The notes below the pieces were generated by a model. It was not told where the DNA came from. It did not search any database and saw nothing but the letters and a program-made list of their open reading frames with translations. From contig DDEV01000116.1 of NCBI GenBank assembly GCA_002336855.1, positions 1,039 to 65,038 of the forward strand: a DNA stretch of 64,000 bases, in the 5' to 3' direction. Shown here in pieces: positions 51,430 to 62,194 of this stretch (positions within the stretch are counted from its first letter, which is position 1; each line of letters begins with the position of its first letter). The translations under genes and the position numbers were made by a program. This DNA comes from Leucobacter sp. UBA1945. Lineage in GTDB: Bacteria > Actinomycetota > Actinomycetes > Actinomycetales > Microbacteriaceae.

Positions 51430-52797
51430 GTGACCCGTACAACGGCCATAACGGTAAGCACCCAACGCCCTCTCGGCGTCGCTTTACTACTCGCTTTGCT
51501 TCTCGCCCTATTTATTGGCGTCTTCACCGCTTCGCCCGCGCACGCGGTCGAGTGCACACCAGACGCGACAACAGGTTGCGTGCAGGGCGTCATCAAGACC
51601 AGTGCGGGAGAACCCGCGGTCGGCATCAAGCTGACGCTCAAAGGCGACGGCGACTCGCAGAGCGTCGAAACAGATGCCGAAGGCCGCTGGGCTTTTCCGG
51701 TGACCAAGGCCGGCGCCTACACCGTGTCGGTCGACAAGAGCAGCCTGCCCGAGGGGCAGTTCTTCAAGAGTGCCGATACCCGGGAGGTGCAGGCGCAGCT
51801 CAACAACCAGGCGAGCGCGCTGTTTCCCCTGACCGACAACGAGGCAGAGGCCTCGGGCGGCAAGGCCCCCTCGACTGACAAGGGCTCGGGTTCATCCGGC
51901 AGCTCGGCAGATTCGTTCAGCTGGCCCAGGTTCTGGCAGCAGTTCGTCTCGGGCCTCAGAATGGGCCTGCTGATCTCGCTCGCGTCGCTCGGTCTCTCGC
52001 TCATCTTCGGTACCACCGGCCTCTCGAACTTCGCACACGGCGAGATGGTGACCCTCGGCGGCCTGCTGGCGGCCATGTTCATGGGCATCACCGGAAACCT
52101 CTGGCTTGCGGGTCTGCTCGCGGTGGTTGTCTCGGCCGCATTCGGTTGGGCCCAAGACAAGGTGCTCTGGAAGCCGCTGCGCAAGAAGCGGCTCAGCCTG
52201 ATGCAGCTCATGATCGTCTCGATCGGTCTCTCGATCACGATGCAGTACCTGTTCCAGTTCTTCTGGGGGTCGGGCGTCATTCGCATCGACAAGTCGACAC
52301 CGGCGACGTGGACTCTCTTCGGCGTCACGCTCACGGTGCAGTCGTACATCGCGATGGGCATCTCGCTGCTCGCGATCATCGCGGTCGGTCTCGGCCTCAT
52401 GTACACGCGCTTCGGCCGCGCGACGAGGGCGATTAGCGACAACCCGGCGCTCGCACGCGCATCGGGCATCGACGTGGATCGGGTGATCAACATCGTTTGG
52501 ATCATCGGCGCCGCCCTTGCGGGCCTCGCCGGCGTCTTCCTCGGCCTCATCTTCAACGGCCTCAACTGGTTCACCGGCGGCCAGCTGCTGCTGATGTTCT
52601 TCGCTGCGGTCACCCTCGGTGGTCTCGGCACGGCATTCGGCGCGTTCATCGGCTCGATGCTCATCGGCATGATGGTTGAGCTGACGAACATCTGGCTGCC
52701 CGGCGACCTGAAGTACGCGACCGCGCTGCTTCTTCTCATTCTCATCCTGCTCGTCAGACCGCAGGGCATCTTTGGCCGCAAAGAGCGGATCGGCTAG
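51430..52797 (+). CDS. livH: Branched-chain amino acid ABC permease LivH with N-terminal extracellular beta domain
   Basis: NFAHGE, RAISDN, VTLGGLG, RPQGIFG; GGAGG RBS before GTG. Confidence 0.88.
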   Translation: MTRTTAITVSTQRPLGVALLLALLLALFIGVFTASPAHAVECTPDATTGCVQGVIKTSAGEPAVGIKLTLKGDGDSQSVETDAEGRWAFPVTKAGAYTVSVDKSSLPEGQFFKSADTREVQAQLNNQASALFPLTDNEAEASGGKAPSTDKGSGSSGSSADSFSWPRFWQQFVSGLRMGLLISLASLGLSLIFGTTGLSNFAHGEMVTLGGLLAAMFMGITGNLWLAGLLAVVVSAAFGWAQDKVLWKPLRKKRLSLMQLMIVSIGLSITMQYLFQFFWGSGVIRIDKSTPATWTLFGVTLTVQSYIAMGISLLAIIAVGLGLMYTRFGRATRAISDNPALARASGIDVDRVINIVWIIGAALAGLAGVFLGLIFNGLNWFTGGQLLLMFFAAVTLGGLGTAFGAFIGSMLIGMMVELTNIWLPGDLKYATALLLLILILLVRPQGIFGRKERIG

Positions 52798-52806
52798 GAG
52801 CACATC

Positions 52807-53796
52807 ATGAATTTCTGGTTCGAACTGTTGCAGAGCATTCTGCAGATCGCTATCGCACCGACCACGGCGGCATTCGTGCTTGCCGCGATCGGCCTCAACG
52901 TGCACTTCGGTTTCACCGGCCTGATGAACATGGGTCAGGCGGGCTTCATGCTCGTCGGCGCATACGGCTTCGGCGTCTCGGTGTCGTACTTCGGGCTCGG
53001 CTTCTGGCCAGCCATCGCTATCGCTGTCGGCGCGGCGATCATCTTCGCGATCATCCTCGGCATTCCCACGCTGAAGTTGCGCGGCGACTACCTCGCAATC
53101 GTGACGATCGCGGCCGCCGAGGTAATCCGCATGGTGGTCAAGCTCGCGGTGCTTCAAGACATCACCGGTGGCCCCAGCGGAATCGCGGGTAACAAGTACC
53201 GCCCAGTGTTCACCGAGCTCTCTCCCCTGCCAGACGGCAAGACCACGATCCTCGGCATCACCTACGCCAACACCGGCGTCGATGACTGGTGGACGAGGAT
53301 CGTCGCGTGGGGCCTCGTCGCACTCTTCCTGGTCATCACCTGGTTGCTCATCCGTAGCCCCTGGGGCCGCGTGCTCAAGGGCATTCGCGAAGACGAAGAT
53401 GCGGTGCGCAGCCTCGGAAAGAGCTCGTACGCATACAAGTTGCAGGCGCTGATCCTCGGCGGCATCATGGGCGCATTCGGTGGCATCGTGATGGCCTTGC
53501 CTGCCGCAATGCAGCCGGACTCGATGGGTCGCCCCATGACCTTCAACCTCTGGATGATCGTGCTGCTCGGCGGTGCCGCCACCATCTTCGGCCCGCTGCT
53601 CGGCAGCATCCTGTTCTTCGTCGTGCGTCTGCTGCTCACGAGCCTCGCCGGCGAGTTCATTCCCTCTTCGCTGCTGAACACGCAGCAAACAGAGCAGCTG
53701 GCGTGGGTGCTCATCGGCCTCTCGCTGATTCTGCTGGTGGTGTTCAGACCGCAAGGTGTGCTCGGTAACAAGAAGGAGCTGTCGTTCAATGTCTGA
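52807..53796 (+). CDS. livM: Branched-chain amino acid ABC permease LivM
   Basis: LRGDYLAIVT, SPWGRVLKGIREDE. Confidence 0.9.
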   Translation: MNFWFELLQSILQIAIAPTTAAFVLAAIGLNVHFGFTGLMNMGQAGFMLVGAYGFGVSVSYFGLGFWPAIAIAVGAAIIFAIILGIPTLKLRGDYLAIVTIAAAEVIRMVVKLAVLQDITGGPSGIAGNKYRPVFTELSPLPDGKTTILGITYANTGVDDWWTRIVAWGLVALFLVITWLLIRSPWGRVLKGIREDEDAVRSLGKSSYAYKLQALILGGIMGAFGGIVMALPAAMQPDSMGRPMTFNLWMIVLLGGAATIFGPLLGSILFFVVRLLLTSLAGEFIPSSLLNTQQTEQLAWVLIGLSLILLVVFRPQGVLGNKKELSFNV

Positions 53797-54777
53797 TGCA
53801 GCAATCCGAAGCAATGCCCCAATCGAGGGCTATCCATACGACCGCGAGGCGCTGCGCGCAGAGCTTCGCACGCTCGAGCAAGTGCCGGGCGTCGCGAAGC
53901 GCGACCCCATCCTCACCGTCGATCGCATCGAGCGCCGCTTCGGCGGTATGACCGCGGTCAACGTGGCACACCTCGAGGTGCCTCGCGGTGCGATCACTGC
54001 ACTCATCGGCCCGAACGGCGCAGGCAAGACTACGTTCTTCAACCTGATCACCGGCTTCGATCAGCCCTCGAACGCGCAGAAGCTGATCGGTGGCGGCGAC
54101 GCGAAGTGGTCGTTCAACGGAAAGGATCTGCGCCGTACCGGCGCATCACAGGCCGCCCGCGCGGGCATGGTGCGCACCTTCCAACTCACGAAAGCGTTGT
54201 CGCGCATGACCGTGCTCGAGAACATGCTCATCGGGGCGAACAACCAGCCGGGCGAGAACCTGTTCGTGGGTTTGATCCCGCCGCTGTGGAAAGCTCGCGA
54301 GCGGGAGAACGTAGAGCGCGCCAAAGAGCTGCTCACCCGCTTCAAGCTCGACGCGAAGATCAAAGACATGGCGGGCGACCTCTCGGGCGGCCAGAAGAAG
54401 CTTCTCGAGATGGCGCGCGCGCTCATGTCGAACCCCGCAATGATCATGCTCGATGAGCCGATGGCCGGCGTGAACCCGGCGCTCACCCAGAGCCTGCTCG
54501 ATCACATTCAGGCGCTGCGCGACGAGGGCACGACGGTGCTGTTCGTCGAGCACGACATGCACATGGTGCGACACATCAGCGACTGGGTCGTGGTCATGGC
54601 GCAGGGTGAGGTGATCGCCGAGGGCCTACCCGAAGAGGTGATGACGAGCCAGGCTGTGGTCGATGCCTACCTCGGCGCGCACCACGACAAGGATCTCGGC
54701 GACGACGACGCGATCAACACCGGATTCATGCGCGCGATCGCAACCGAGATTGCTGACGAGCTCGAGGAGGAGACTCG

Positions 54778-54781
<4 letters not shown>
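53789..54781 (+). CDS. livG: Branched-chain amino acid ABC ATPase LivG
   Basis: GPNGAGKTT, RTFQ, LDEPMAGVN, VEHDM, AYLG. Confidence 0.9.
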
Positions 54782-55560
<779 letters not shown>

Positions 55561-55580
55561 CCTCCGAGCCGCGCCAGCGC

Positions 55581-55624
55581 GAAAAGGCGGGTCTCACTTT
55601 CGGGTGCGGCCCGCCTTTTCGTTT
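55581..55624 (+). terminator. Intrinsic terminator after livF
   Basis: GAAAAGGCGGG...CCCGCCTTTTC stem with T tract. Confidence 0.8.
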
Positions 55625-55648
55625 CGCAAGAATTTGCCCATCCCAATA

Positions 55649-55666
55649 ATTAGCAATGGTGCTAAT
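55649..55666. promoter_or_regulatory. Palindromic ArsR operator candidate
   Basis: ATTAGCA-N4-TGCTAAT overlapping TAATAT -10, 7 nt before a leaderless ATG. Confidence 0.7.
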
Positions 55667-55675
55667 ATCAAAACT

Positions 55676-56032
55676 ATGAAAGATCAGACTTCAAACGTGT
55701 TCGAGGCACTCGCTCACCCCACGCGACGCCAGATCCTTCAAGACCTGAAAGACGGCGAACTCACCGCCGGTGACATCGCTGCGAAGTTTCAGGCCACCGG
55801 ACCCACAATCTCTCGGCACCTCAGGGTGCTTCGCGAGGCGGGTCTCGTCAGTGAGCGCCGCGATGCAAACCGAATCTATTACTCCCTCGTCAGCGACAGC
55901 CTCGCGCTCTCTGTGGGCAATTTTCTCTCGAGCGTATGCCCCGAACAGATCGTGCTGCGCGAGGTTCGCAAGCGCCGAATGCCGCAAGCCGCCCCTGTCA
56001 CCACGCCGAATGACGAAGGAGTGCAAGCATGA
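55676..56032 (+). CDS. ArsR/SmtB-family (SdpR-like) repressor
   Basis: FEALAHPTRRQIL, TISRHLRVLREAGLV, IYYSL. Confidence 0.9.
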   Translation: MKDQTSNVFEALAHPTRRQILQDLKDGELTAGDIAAKFQATGPTISRHLRVLREAGLVSERRDANRIYYSLVSDSLALSVGNFLSSVCPEQIVLREVRKRRMPQAAPVTTPNDEGVQA

Positions 56033-56721
56033 GGCCTATCACCCAAGTACGGGCGCATCTTCGGCGCAGACTGCTGATCAACTATCGACTCGACCCCGAG
56101 TACGCGAGCACGCTGCTGCCCCAGGACTTGCGGCCGCAACTCGTCGATGGTTCTGCAGTTGCGGGGGTCTGTCTCGTTGGTCTCGAGCGAGTGAGCCCCG
56201 TGTCGAACCGGTTCGGCGGAGTTCGCTCCGAGAATGCGGCGCACCGCATGGCAGTCGAGTGGGACGAGCACGGCGAAACCACACAGGGAGTCTTCATCTT
56301 CGAGCGGCATAGCTCGTCACTGCCCTCAGTGCTTCTCGGCGGGCGCGCCTTCCCAGGCGTACATCGCCACGCTCGGTTCACTACTCTCGATACCGACCAG
56401 CGACACAGGGTGTCTATGCGCTCACGCGACCAGCGCCTCGATGTCGATGTGCAGCTCACCGAAGAATGGCAGAGCTCGCTATTCGACTCGCTTCAATCAG
56501 CATCGGATTTCACGCGCGCCGGCCGCATCGGCTGGTCACGAGGGCACGATCAGTGCACGCTCGAACCCGTTGCGCTCACCGCATCGGAATGGTCAATGCA
56601 GAGCGCTGAAGTTCGAGAGATTCGCTCTACTTTCTTCGAGTCGATGCCGACGGGTGCCGCAACCCTCGACGGCGCGCTCGTCATGCGCGATCTTCCGCTC
56701 ACCATGACCGCGGTTCGCTGA
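56029..56721 (+). CDS. DUF2071-like hypothetical protein
   Basis: RRLLINYR.DP, GVCLV, SENAAHRMAVEW, GGR.FPG.H; ATGA overlap. Confidence 0.72.
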   Translation: MRPITQVRAHLRRRLLINYRLDPEYASTLLPQDLRPQLVDGSAVAGVCLVGLERVSPVSNRFGGVRSENAAHRMAVEWDEHGETTQGVFIFERHSSSLPSVLLGGRAFPGVHRHARFTTLDTDQRHRVSMRSRDQRLDVDVQLTEEWQSSLFDSLQSASDFTRAGRIGWSRGHDQCTLEPVALTASEWSMQSAEVREIRSTFFESMPTGAATLDGALVMRDLPLTMTAVR

Positions 56722-56722
56722 C

Positions 56723-56766
56723 ACGCGAAAGGGGCCGGCCTCCGAAGAAGCCGACCCCCTGCGTGT
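56723..56766. terminator. Hairpin between convergent DUF2071 and livJ genes
   Basis: CACGC..GGGG.CGGC / GCCG.CCCC..GCGTG imperfect stem. Confidence 0.65.
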
Positions 56767-56775
56767 GAACGAGAC

Positions 56776-58056
56776 TTACTTGGTCTCGCCCTCAACAGCC
56801 TTCTGGAAGACCGGGTTGTTCGTCGCATCGTACTTGTAGATGCCGATGAACGCCGACGAAGGATCGTTGTTGTCGTTCAGCGGGCCGGTGCCTGCCTTGC
56901 CGACGTAGTGGATGTCCTTCTTGTCGTCGAGCAGCGCCTTGCAATCCTTGTAGGTGTTGCACTCTTCGCCACCGTCAGCACCCGAGACAGCGTGCAGCTC
57001 ACCCTTGATCGACTCGGAGTCGGTTGCGCCAGCCTTCTCAGCGGCGAGAGCCACGAGCGTCACGAGGTCGTATGCCTCAGGAGCGTAGGTGTAGCTCTCA
57101 AGGGAGCCACCGAATTCAGCGGTGTAGATCTCGTCGAGCTGCTTCTTGAAGTCGTCGTTTGCCTGAGCACCGGGGATCGAGCCCTGAGCGCCCTCGAGGG
57201 TGCCCGCGGGGAACTCATCGCCGTAGCCGTTGGTGTTGCCGTCAACGAGGTAGAAGTTCGCAAGGTCGAGACCCTGGTTCACTGCCTCAGGAACGATCTG
57301 CTTCAGCTGATCGTAGGTGACTACGACGATAGCCTCAGCGCCCGAATCCTTGACTGCGGTAACCTCAGCGGCAAACGAGGTCTGCTCGGTCGGGAACTCG
57401 TTGCCGTCACCCTTAGCACCGTACACAACCTCGGCACCGCCAGCCTCAACGGTCTCCTGGATCACGTCGCGCAGGCCGAGACCGTACGGATCGTTGAAGG
57501 TCAGGAAAGCGACCTTGGTCTTGCCGTCTGCGAGCACCTGGTTGCCGAGCGCGTTGCCCTGCACGGTGTCCGGCGGAGCGGTGCGGAAGTAGTTCGGGTT
57601 CACACCGCTGAGGTCTGCCGAGGTGTTCGACGGCGAGCCCATCAGAATGCCAGCCTCAGCGATCTTGTCGACCACGTGAGCGCTGCGGCCCGAGCCCATT
57701 GCGCCGAGCACGAACGACGCGCCGCTCTTGATGACGTCGTCTGCGCCCTTCTCAACCACGGTGAGGTCTGTGGCGTCGCCCTCGTTGCCCTCTGCAACGA
57801 TCGTGACGTCTTGGCCGAGCACGCCGCCCGCACCATTGATGTCTGCGAGAGCCTGAGCGATACCGGCCTGCACCGGAGGCATCAGAAAGCCGAGCGAACC
57901 GGTCTGCGGCAGAAGCGTTGCAATCTGCAGCGCGTCGGTCGACCCGCCGCCCTCAGCCTTAGGCTCTTCAGCGCTCGATGAGCAGCTCGAGAGTAGTAGG
58001 GCCGCTGATGCGGCCAGTGCAAGTGCACCGGTGGCTCGTTTGGAGATCATCTTCAT
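56776..58056 (-). CDS. Branched-chain amino acid ABC substrate-binding lipoprotein (LivJ/K type)
   Basis: Lipobox LLLSSC, LPQTGSL, YFRTAPPDTVQG, YAPEAYD. Confidence 0.9.
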   Translation of the reverse strand: MKMISKRATGALALAASAALLLSSCSSSAEEPKAEGGGSTDALQIATLLPQTGSLGFLMPPVQAGIAQALADINGAGGVLGQDVTIVAEGNEGDATDLTVVEKGADDVIKSGASFVLGAMGSGRSAHVVDKIAEAGILMGSPSNTSADLSGVNPNYFRTAPPDTVQGNALGNQVLADGKTKVAFLTFNDPYGLGLRDVIQETVEAGGAEVVYGAKGDGNEFPTEQTSFAAEVTAVKDSGAEAIVVVTYDQLKQIVPEAVNQGLDLANFYLVDGNTNGYGDEFPAGTLEGAQGSIPGAQANDDFKKQLDEIYTAEFGGSLESYTYAPEAYDLVTLVALAAEKAGATDSESIKGELHAVSGADGGEECNTYKDCKALLDDKKDIHYVGKAGTGPLNDNNDPSSAFIGIYKYDATNNPVFQKAVEGETK

Positions 58057-58184
58057 CGATGACACCTTTCTTGTCGTGACGACCGCTGTGTTTTGCGGCA
58101 CTGCTCCTGAGAATACTCAGTTTCCGGGGGTCAGCGCGCCATTTCTGGTCGAGTTGTTAGCGTCTCGTGACCTGTCGCGCGTTT

Positions 58185-58889
58185 TCAACGTATCCCGGCT
58201 TCATAAGCGAGGATCACGGCGTGCACTCGGTCACGCAATTCGAGCTTGGCGAGCACCCTGCCGACGTGGGTTTTCACGGTTGATTCCGAGAGAAATAGGC
58301 GCTCCCCGATCTCGGCGTTACTGAGCCCCTCGGCGATCAGCGAGAACACCTCCTGCTCCCGCTCGGTGAGCTGCGCGAGTATCTCTGCGGCGCCCTTGGC
58401 GTTGTCTGCCAGAGTTTGGGTGCTTTGCGCGTCCACGGCGCTCGGTTCGCGCAGCTTCGCGATGAGCCGGCGCGTCACGCTTGGCGCCATCACCGAGTCG
58501 CCACCGGCGACGGAGCGCACGGCTGAGATGAGCTCGGGCGCCCGCGCGTCCTTCAGCAGAAATCCGCTCGCACCTGCCTCGATCGCGGCGAGCGCGTACT
58601 CGTCGAGATCGAATGTCGTGAGCACGAGCACGCGAATCTTCGGGTGGTTCTGCACGATGGCCGCAGTCGCCTCGATGCCGTCCATGCCCGGCATGCGCAC
58701 GTCCATCAGTACGACGTCTGGCGCGCGGCCGTCTGCGGCGAGCGCATCGATCTTCGCGAGCGCTTCCGCCCCGTCTCCGGCCTCGCCGACCACGGCGAAG
58801 TCGGGCTGTGTGCCGAGGATCAGCGAGAACCCCGTTCGAATCAGATCTTGATCGTCGACCAGCAGAATGCCGAGCTCGTTGTCGCTCAA
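58185..58889 (-). CDS. NarL/LuxR-family response regulator
   Basis: LVDDQ, MDVRMP, LTTFD, LTEREQE, TVKTHV. Confidence 0.94.
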   Translation of the reverse strand: MSDNELGILLVDDQDLIRTGFSLILGTQPDFAVVGEAGDGAEALAKIDALAADGRAPDVVLMDVRMPGMDGIEATAAIVQNHPKIRVLVLTTFDLDEYALAAIEAGASGFLLKDARAPELISAVRSVAGGDSVMAPSVTRRLIAKLREPSAVDAQSTQTLADNAKGAAEILAQLTEREQEVFSLIAEGLSNAEIGERLFLSESTVKTHVGRVLAKLELRDRVHAVILAYEAGIR

Positions 58890-60292
58890 CCGTGTGCTCC
58901 TTCGGTTTCATTTGGTGCGGTGCCTGACGGCACGTGTGCTCGCACGCGCCATCCTGGGCCGTGCGGCCCTGCCTCGAGCGATCCCCCGAACATTCGGGCA
59001 CGCTCGGTGGCGCCGGCGAGCCCGCGCCCGGTTCCGGGAATCGTGGCGCTCGGTTCGTCGGCGCCTGTGGAAGTAACTCGTCCAGTGTCAACGACCTCGA
59101 TGTGCGTGCCGTCGCTCGCATGGGTGACCGTGACTCCGGCTTCGGCTCCTCTCCCCGCGTAGCGCAGCGAGTTCGTCAGTGCCTCTTGCACGATGCGAAA
59201 CACCGCGAGCTGCTGCGTTGCGTTCGTCTCGGGCACGCCTGACTCGGTAAGCGTCACCTTCAGGCCCACCTGCCGAAACCCATCGACGAGTTCATGTAGC
59301 TGAGCCACGCCGGGCTGGGGCGCACGGGGCGCCTCGAGCACCCCGGTCTGCGACATTTCGCCCGAGGCGTCGTCGCCGTCACCGAGCACCCCGAGCAGTC
59401 GACGCATCTCTACGAGCGCCGATCTGCCGGTCTCGGCGGCTCGCTCCATCGCGCGCGCCGCGGCTTCCGGTTGCGATTGCACCGCGACCGAGGCTCCCTC
59501 GCTCAGCGTGACGACCACAGAGAGCGAGTGAGCGACGATGTCGTGCATCTCGCGCGCGATCCTCGATCGCTCTGCTGCTGCAGCCAACTGCGCACGCTGC
59601 TCGCGCTCGGTAGCCAACTGGTGAGCTCGATCGATCAGCGCCTCAATATAGCGGCGCCTGTTGCCGAGGTTGATGGCGATCAGCAGCACGGCGAGCAGCC
59701 AGAGCGCGTTCAGCACGGCAAGCGTGATCGAAGAACGCAGGTCGGTGTCGGTGCTGGCGACGATTCCGGCGGGCCCGATTGCCCCTGCCGCCGTGTTGCC
59801 CGTGAAGAGCATCAGCGCAGTGTTTGTCACCACCGCGAACGAGAGCCCCACCCAACCGGCAGGCACGCTGCGATACACGGGCACGGCGTACAGCAAAAAC
59901 ACGAGGGCGACCGAGTTCGGCAGGATGAGCAGGCCCTGCTCGAGAAAGAGCAGCAGCGAGATCACGATGAGACCGGCGAGCGGAAACCGTCTGCGGTATG
60001 CAAGCGCGAACGCGGTCGCAACGACGATCACCACATTGACGATCACCCACGGCCACTCGAGATGCGCACCAAGCGCTTGCATCTCTTCTGCGGCCGCTGG
60101 ATCAATATCGTTGTACACCTCTGTCGCGTAGCCGCTCATCAGTTCGAACGCGATCATCAACGCGCAGCCGAACAAGTACGTGACGACGATCGTATTGTCG
60201 ACGAGCTTCGGGTGCGCGGCGAGCCAACGCCGAAACACCCCGGGGGGCTTTGGCAGCCGCAGTTCCGGGGTGTTCAGCTCAGCAGTGGTCAC
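58886..60292 (-). CDS. NarX/DesK-type membrane sensor kinase
   Basis: ERSRIAREMHDIVAHSLS, QEALTNSLRY, GRGLAG; true start GTG at 60292. Confidence 0.92.
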   Translation of the reverse strand: MTTAELNTPELRLPKPPGVFRRWLAAHPKLVDNTIVVTYLFGCALMIAFELMSGYATEVYNDIDPAAAEEMQALGAHLEWPWVIVNVVIVVATAFALAYRRRFPLAGLIVISLLLFLEQGLLILPNSVALVFLLYAVPVYRSVPAGWVGLSFAVVTNTALMLFTGNTAAGAIGPAGIVASTDTDLRSSITLAVLNALWLLAVLLIAINLGNRRRYIEALIDRAHQLATEREQRAQLAAAAERSRIAREMHDIVAHSLSVVVTLSEGASVAVQSQPEAAARAMERAAETGRSALVEMRRLLGVLGDGDDASGEMSQTGVLEAPRAPQPGVAQLHELVDGFRQVGLKVTLTESGVPETNATQQLAVFRIVQEALTNSLRYAGRGAEAGVTVTHASDGTHIEVVDTGRVTSTGADEPSATIPGTGRGLAGATERARMFGGSLEAGPHGPGWRVRAHVPSGTAPNETEGAHG

Positions 60293-61131
60293 ACGGCGTC
60301 TCTCGTTTTGAGCAGGATCGCGGCCGGCACGAGTGCTGCCGCGGCCCAGGCGGTGAGGCCGCCCAGTGCGCCCCAGTATGACACGCTTCCGGCGTCTCCC
60401 GCGCCCTGCACTGCTGCAGTCGAGAGGGTCGCGCCGAGGTTCGCTGGCATCCAGTCCGCGACCACGGGCACCCACTCCCAGCCGGTCATCATCAACACTT
60501 GAAACACGATCGTGGCGACGAAGAGCAGGGTCACGATCACCGAGATCGCCCCGGCGCTCGAACGCAGGAGTGCGCCGACACCGAGCGCCAGCAGCGCGGC
60601 GAGCGTCAAGTAGAGAGTGTTGCCGAGCAGCGAGACCAGCACCGCCGGGTCTGCAAGTGCCGAGAACCCGCCGCTTCCGAGGATCAGCGCAGAGATGACC
60701 GCTCCGCCGAAGCTGCTCAGCACCCCGACAGTGAGGCCGAGCGCTGCAACGACGAGCGCCTTGGCGATCAGCATCGGCGTTCGCGCCGGCACCGCGGTGA
60801 GCGACGAGAGGATCAGCCCGCTCGCATACTCGCTCGTGATCGAGAGGGCGCCGAGCACGCCCATGATCAGCACGGTGAACATGCTGCCGAAGGTAGCGGA
60901 CTGCACGACAATTGCGGGGGTCGCGGCTGGGGTCAGCATGTCGCTGCCCGACATCGCGAGAGAAAGCAGCGCCGCGCCCGCCCAGCTCAGCACGAGCATG
61001 ACGAGGATCGACCAGCGTATCGATCGCAGCGAAAGCAGTTTGATCCACTCCCCCTTGAGCACGCCGTCGAAGGTGAGCCGGCCGACGACCGGAGCCGTGG
61101 TGTAGGTGTCGTTCATCGTGATGGTGGTCAT
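60289..61131 (-). CDS. ABC-2 type exporter permease
   Basis: EWIKLLSLRS, ITSEYASG, RSSAGA, KTRDA. Confidence 0.88.
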   Translation of the reverse strand: MTTITMNDTYTTAPVVGRLTFDGVLKGEWIKLLSLRSIRWSILVMLVLSWAGAALLSLAMSGSDMLTPAATPAIVVQSATFGSMFTVLIMGVLGALSITSEYASGLILSSLTAVPARTPMLIAKALVVAALGLTVGVLSSFGGAVISALILGSGGFSALADPAVLVSLLGNTLYLTLAALLALGVGALLRSSAGAISVIVTLLFVATIVFQVLMMTGWEWVPVVADWMPANLGATLSTAAVQGAGDAGSVSYWGALGGLTAWAAAALVPAAILLKTRDAV

Positions 61132-61142
61132 GTCGGTGCTCC

Positions 61143-62051
61143 TTATGCCGCGGCGTATTCGAGCTCACCGCGAGTGAGTTCGAGGTAGGCGTCTTCGAGT
61201 GAGGCGGTGTCGGTTGAAAGCCCGTGCAGCACGATGCCGTGCGCGGCGGCAAGTTCGCCGACCTGCGCGGCGGTGATTCCCTGCAGCAGAAGCTCATCGC
61301 CGTCGCTCTGCTGTGTGCTCCGAGCGCCCTGGGCGCGCAGCAGCTCGCCGAGGCGAATCGACTCGGGAGAGGTGACGCGCACGGTGCGCTGGCCGCTGCC
61401 GCCCGCGATCAGCTCGGCGATTGGGGCGTCGGCGATGACCGAGCCGCGGCCGAGCACGATCACGTGATCAGCGGTCTGCGCCATCTCGCTCATGAGGTGG
61501 CTCGAGAGCAGCACCGTGCGGCCCTCGGCCGCGAAGGCGCGCACGAAGCTGCGCACCCAGAGCACCCCGTCGGGGTCGAGGCCGTTGACCGGTTCGTCGA
61601 GCACCAGCACCTTCGGGTCGCCCAGCAGTGCGGCCGCGATACCGAGGCGCTGCCCCATGCCGAGCGAGAATCCGCCGACGCGCTTGTGCGCGACCGACTC
61701 GAGGCCCGTCAGCTCGAGCACCTTGCTCACGCGCGCATCGCTGATGCCGTGGGTTGCGGCAAGCGCCCGCAGGTGGCTGCGCGCCGAACGACCGGGGTGC
61801 ACACCCTTCGCGTCGAGCAGTGCGCCAACCACGCTCAGCGGGTTGCGGTGCTCTGCATACGGCTTGCCCAGCACGGTGATGCTGCCCGAGGTCGGCCGAT
61901 CGAGGCCGACGAGCATGCGCATCGTCGTCGACTTGCCCGCCCCGTTCGGGCCGAGAAAGCCGGTGACCTGGCCCGGCCGCAGCGAAAAGCTGACGTCGTT
62001 CACCGCAGTTTTGGTTCCGTAGCGCTTCGTGAGGTGCGTCGCCTCGATCAT
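61143..62051 (-). CDS. ABC exporter ATPase
   Basis: GPNGAGKST, FSLGMGQR, LDEPVNGLDP, SSHLMSE. Confidence 0.93.
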   Translation of the reverse strand: MIEATHLTKRYGTKTAVNDVSFSLRPGQVTGFLGPNGAGKSTTMRMLVGLDRPTSGSITVLGKPYAEHRNPLSVVGALLDAKGVHPGRSARSHLRALAATHGISDARVSKVLELTGLESVAHKRVGGFSLGMGQRLGIAAALLGDPKVLVLDEPVNGLDPDGVLWVRSFVRAFAAEGRTVLLSSHLMSEMAQTADHVIVLGRGSVIADAPIAELIAGGSGQRTVRVTSPESIRLGELLRAQGARSTQQSDGDELLLQGITAAQVGELAAAHGIVLHGLSTDTASLEDAYLELTRGELEYAAA

Positions 62052-62194
62052 GGTGCTCCCTTCGAGGATCGCTCTGATCCCCTATGCTCACCAAGCTACG
62101 GCGCGGCGGCACAGGTGCACATCGGCCTCAGGTACCGCTGGGGTCACTCTTTGGGATGATCCTCGACCTGGGAATGGCCCGAGCGGCCGGACCC

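Noticed and set aside
58886-61297. 803-aa kinase ORF suggesting a large N-terminal fusion
   Set aside because: The extension overlaps the ABC permease in another frame; the real start is the GTG at 60292 coupled to the permease stop.
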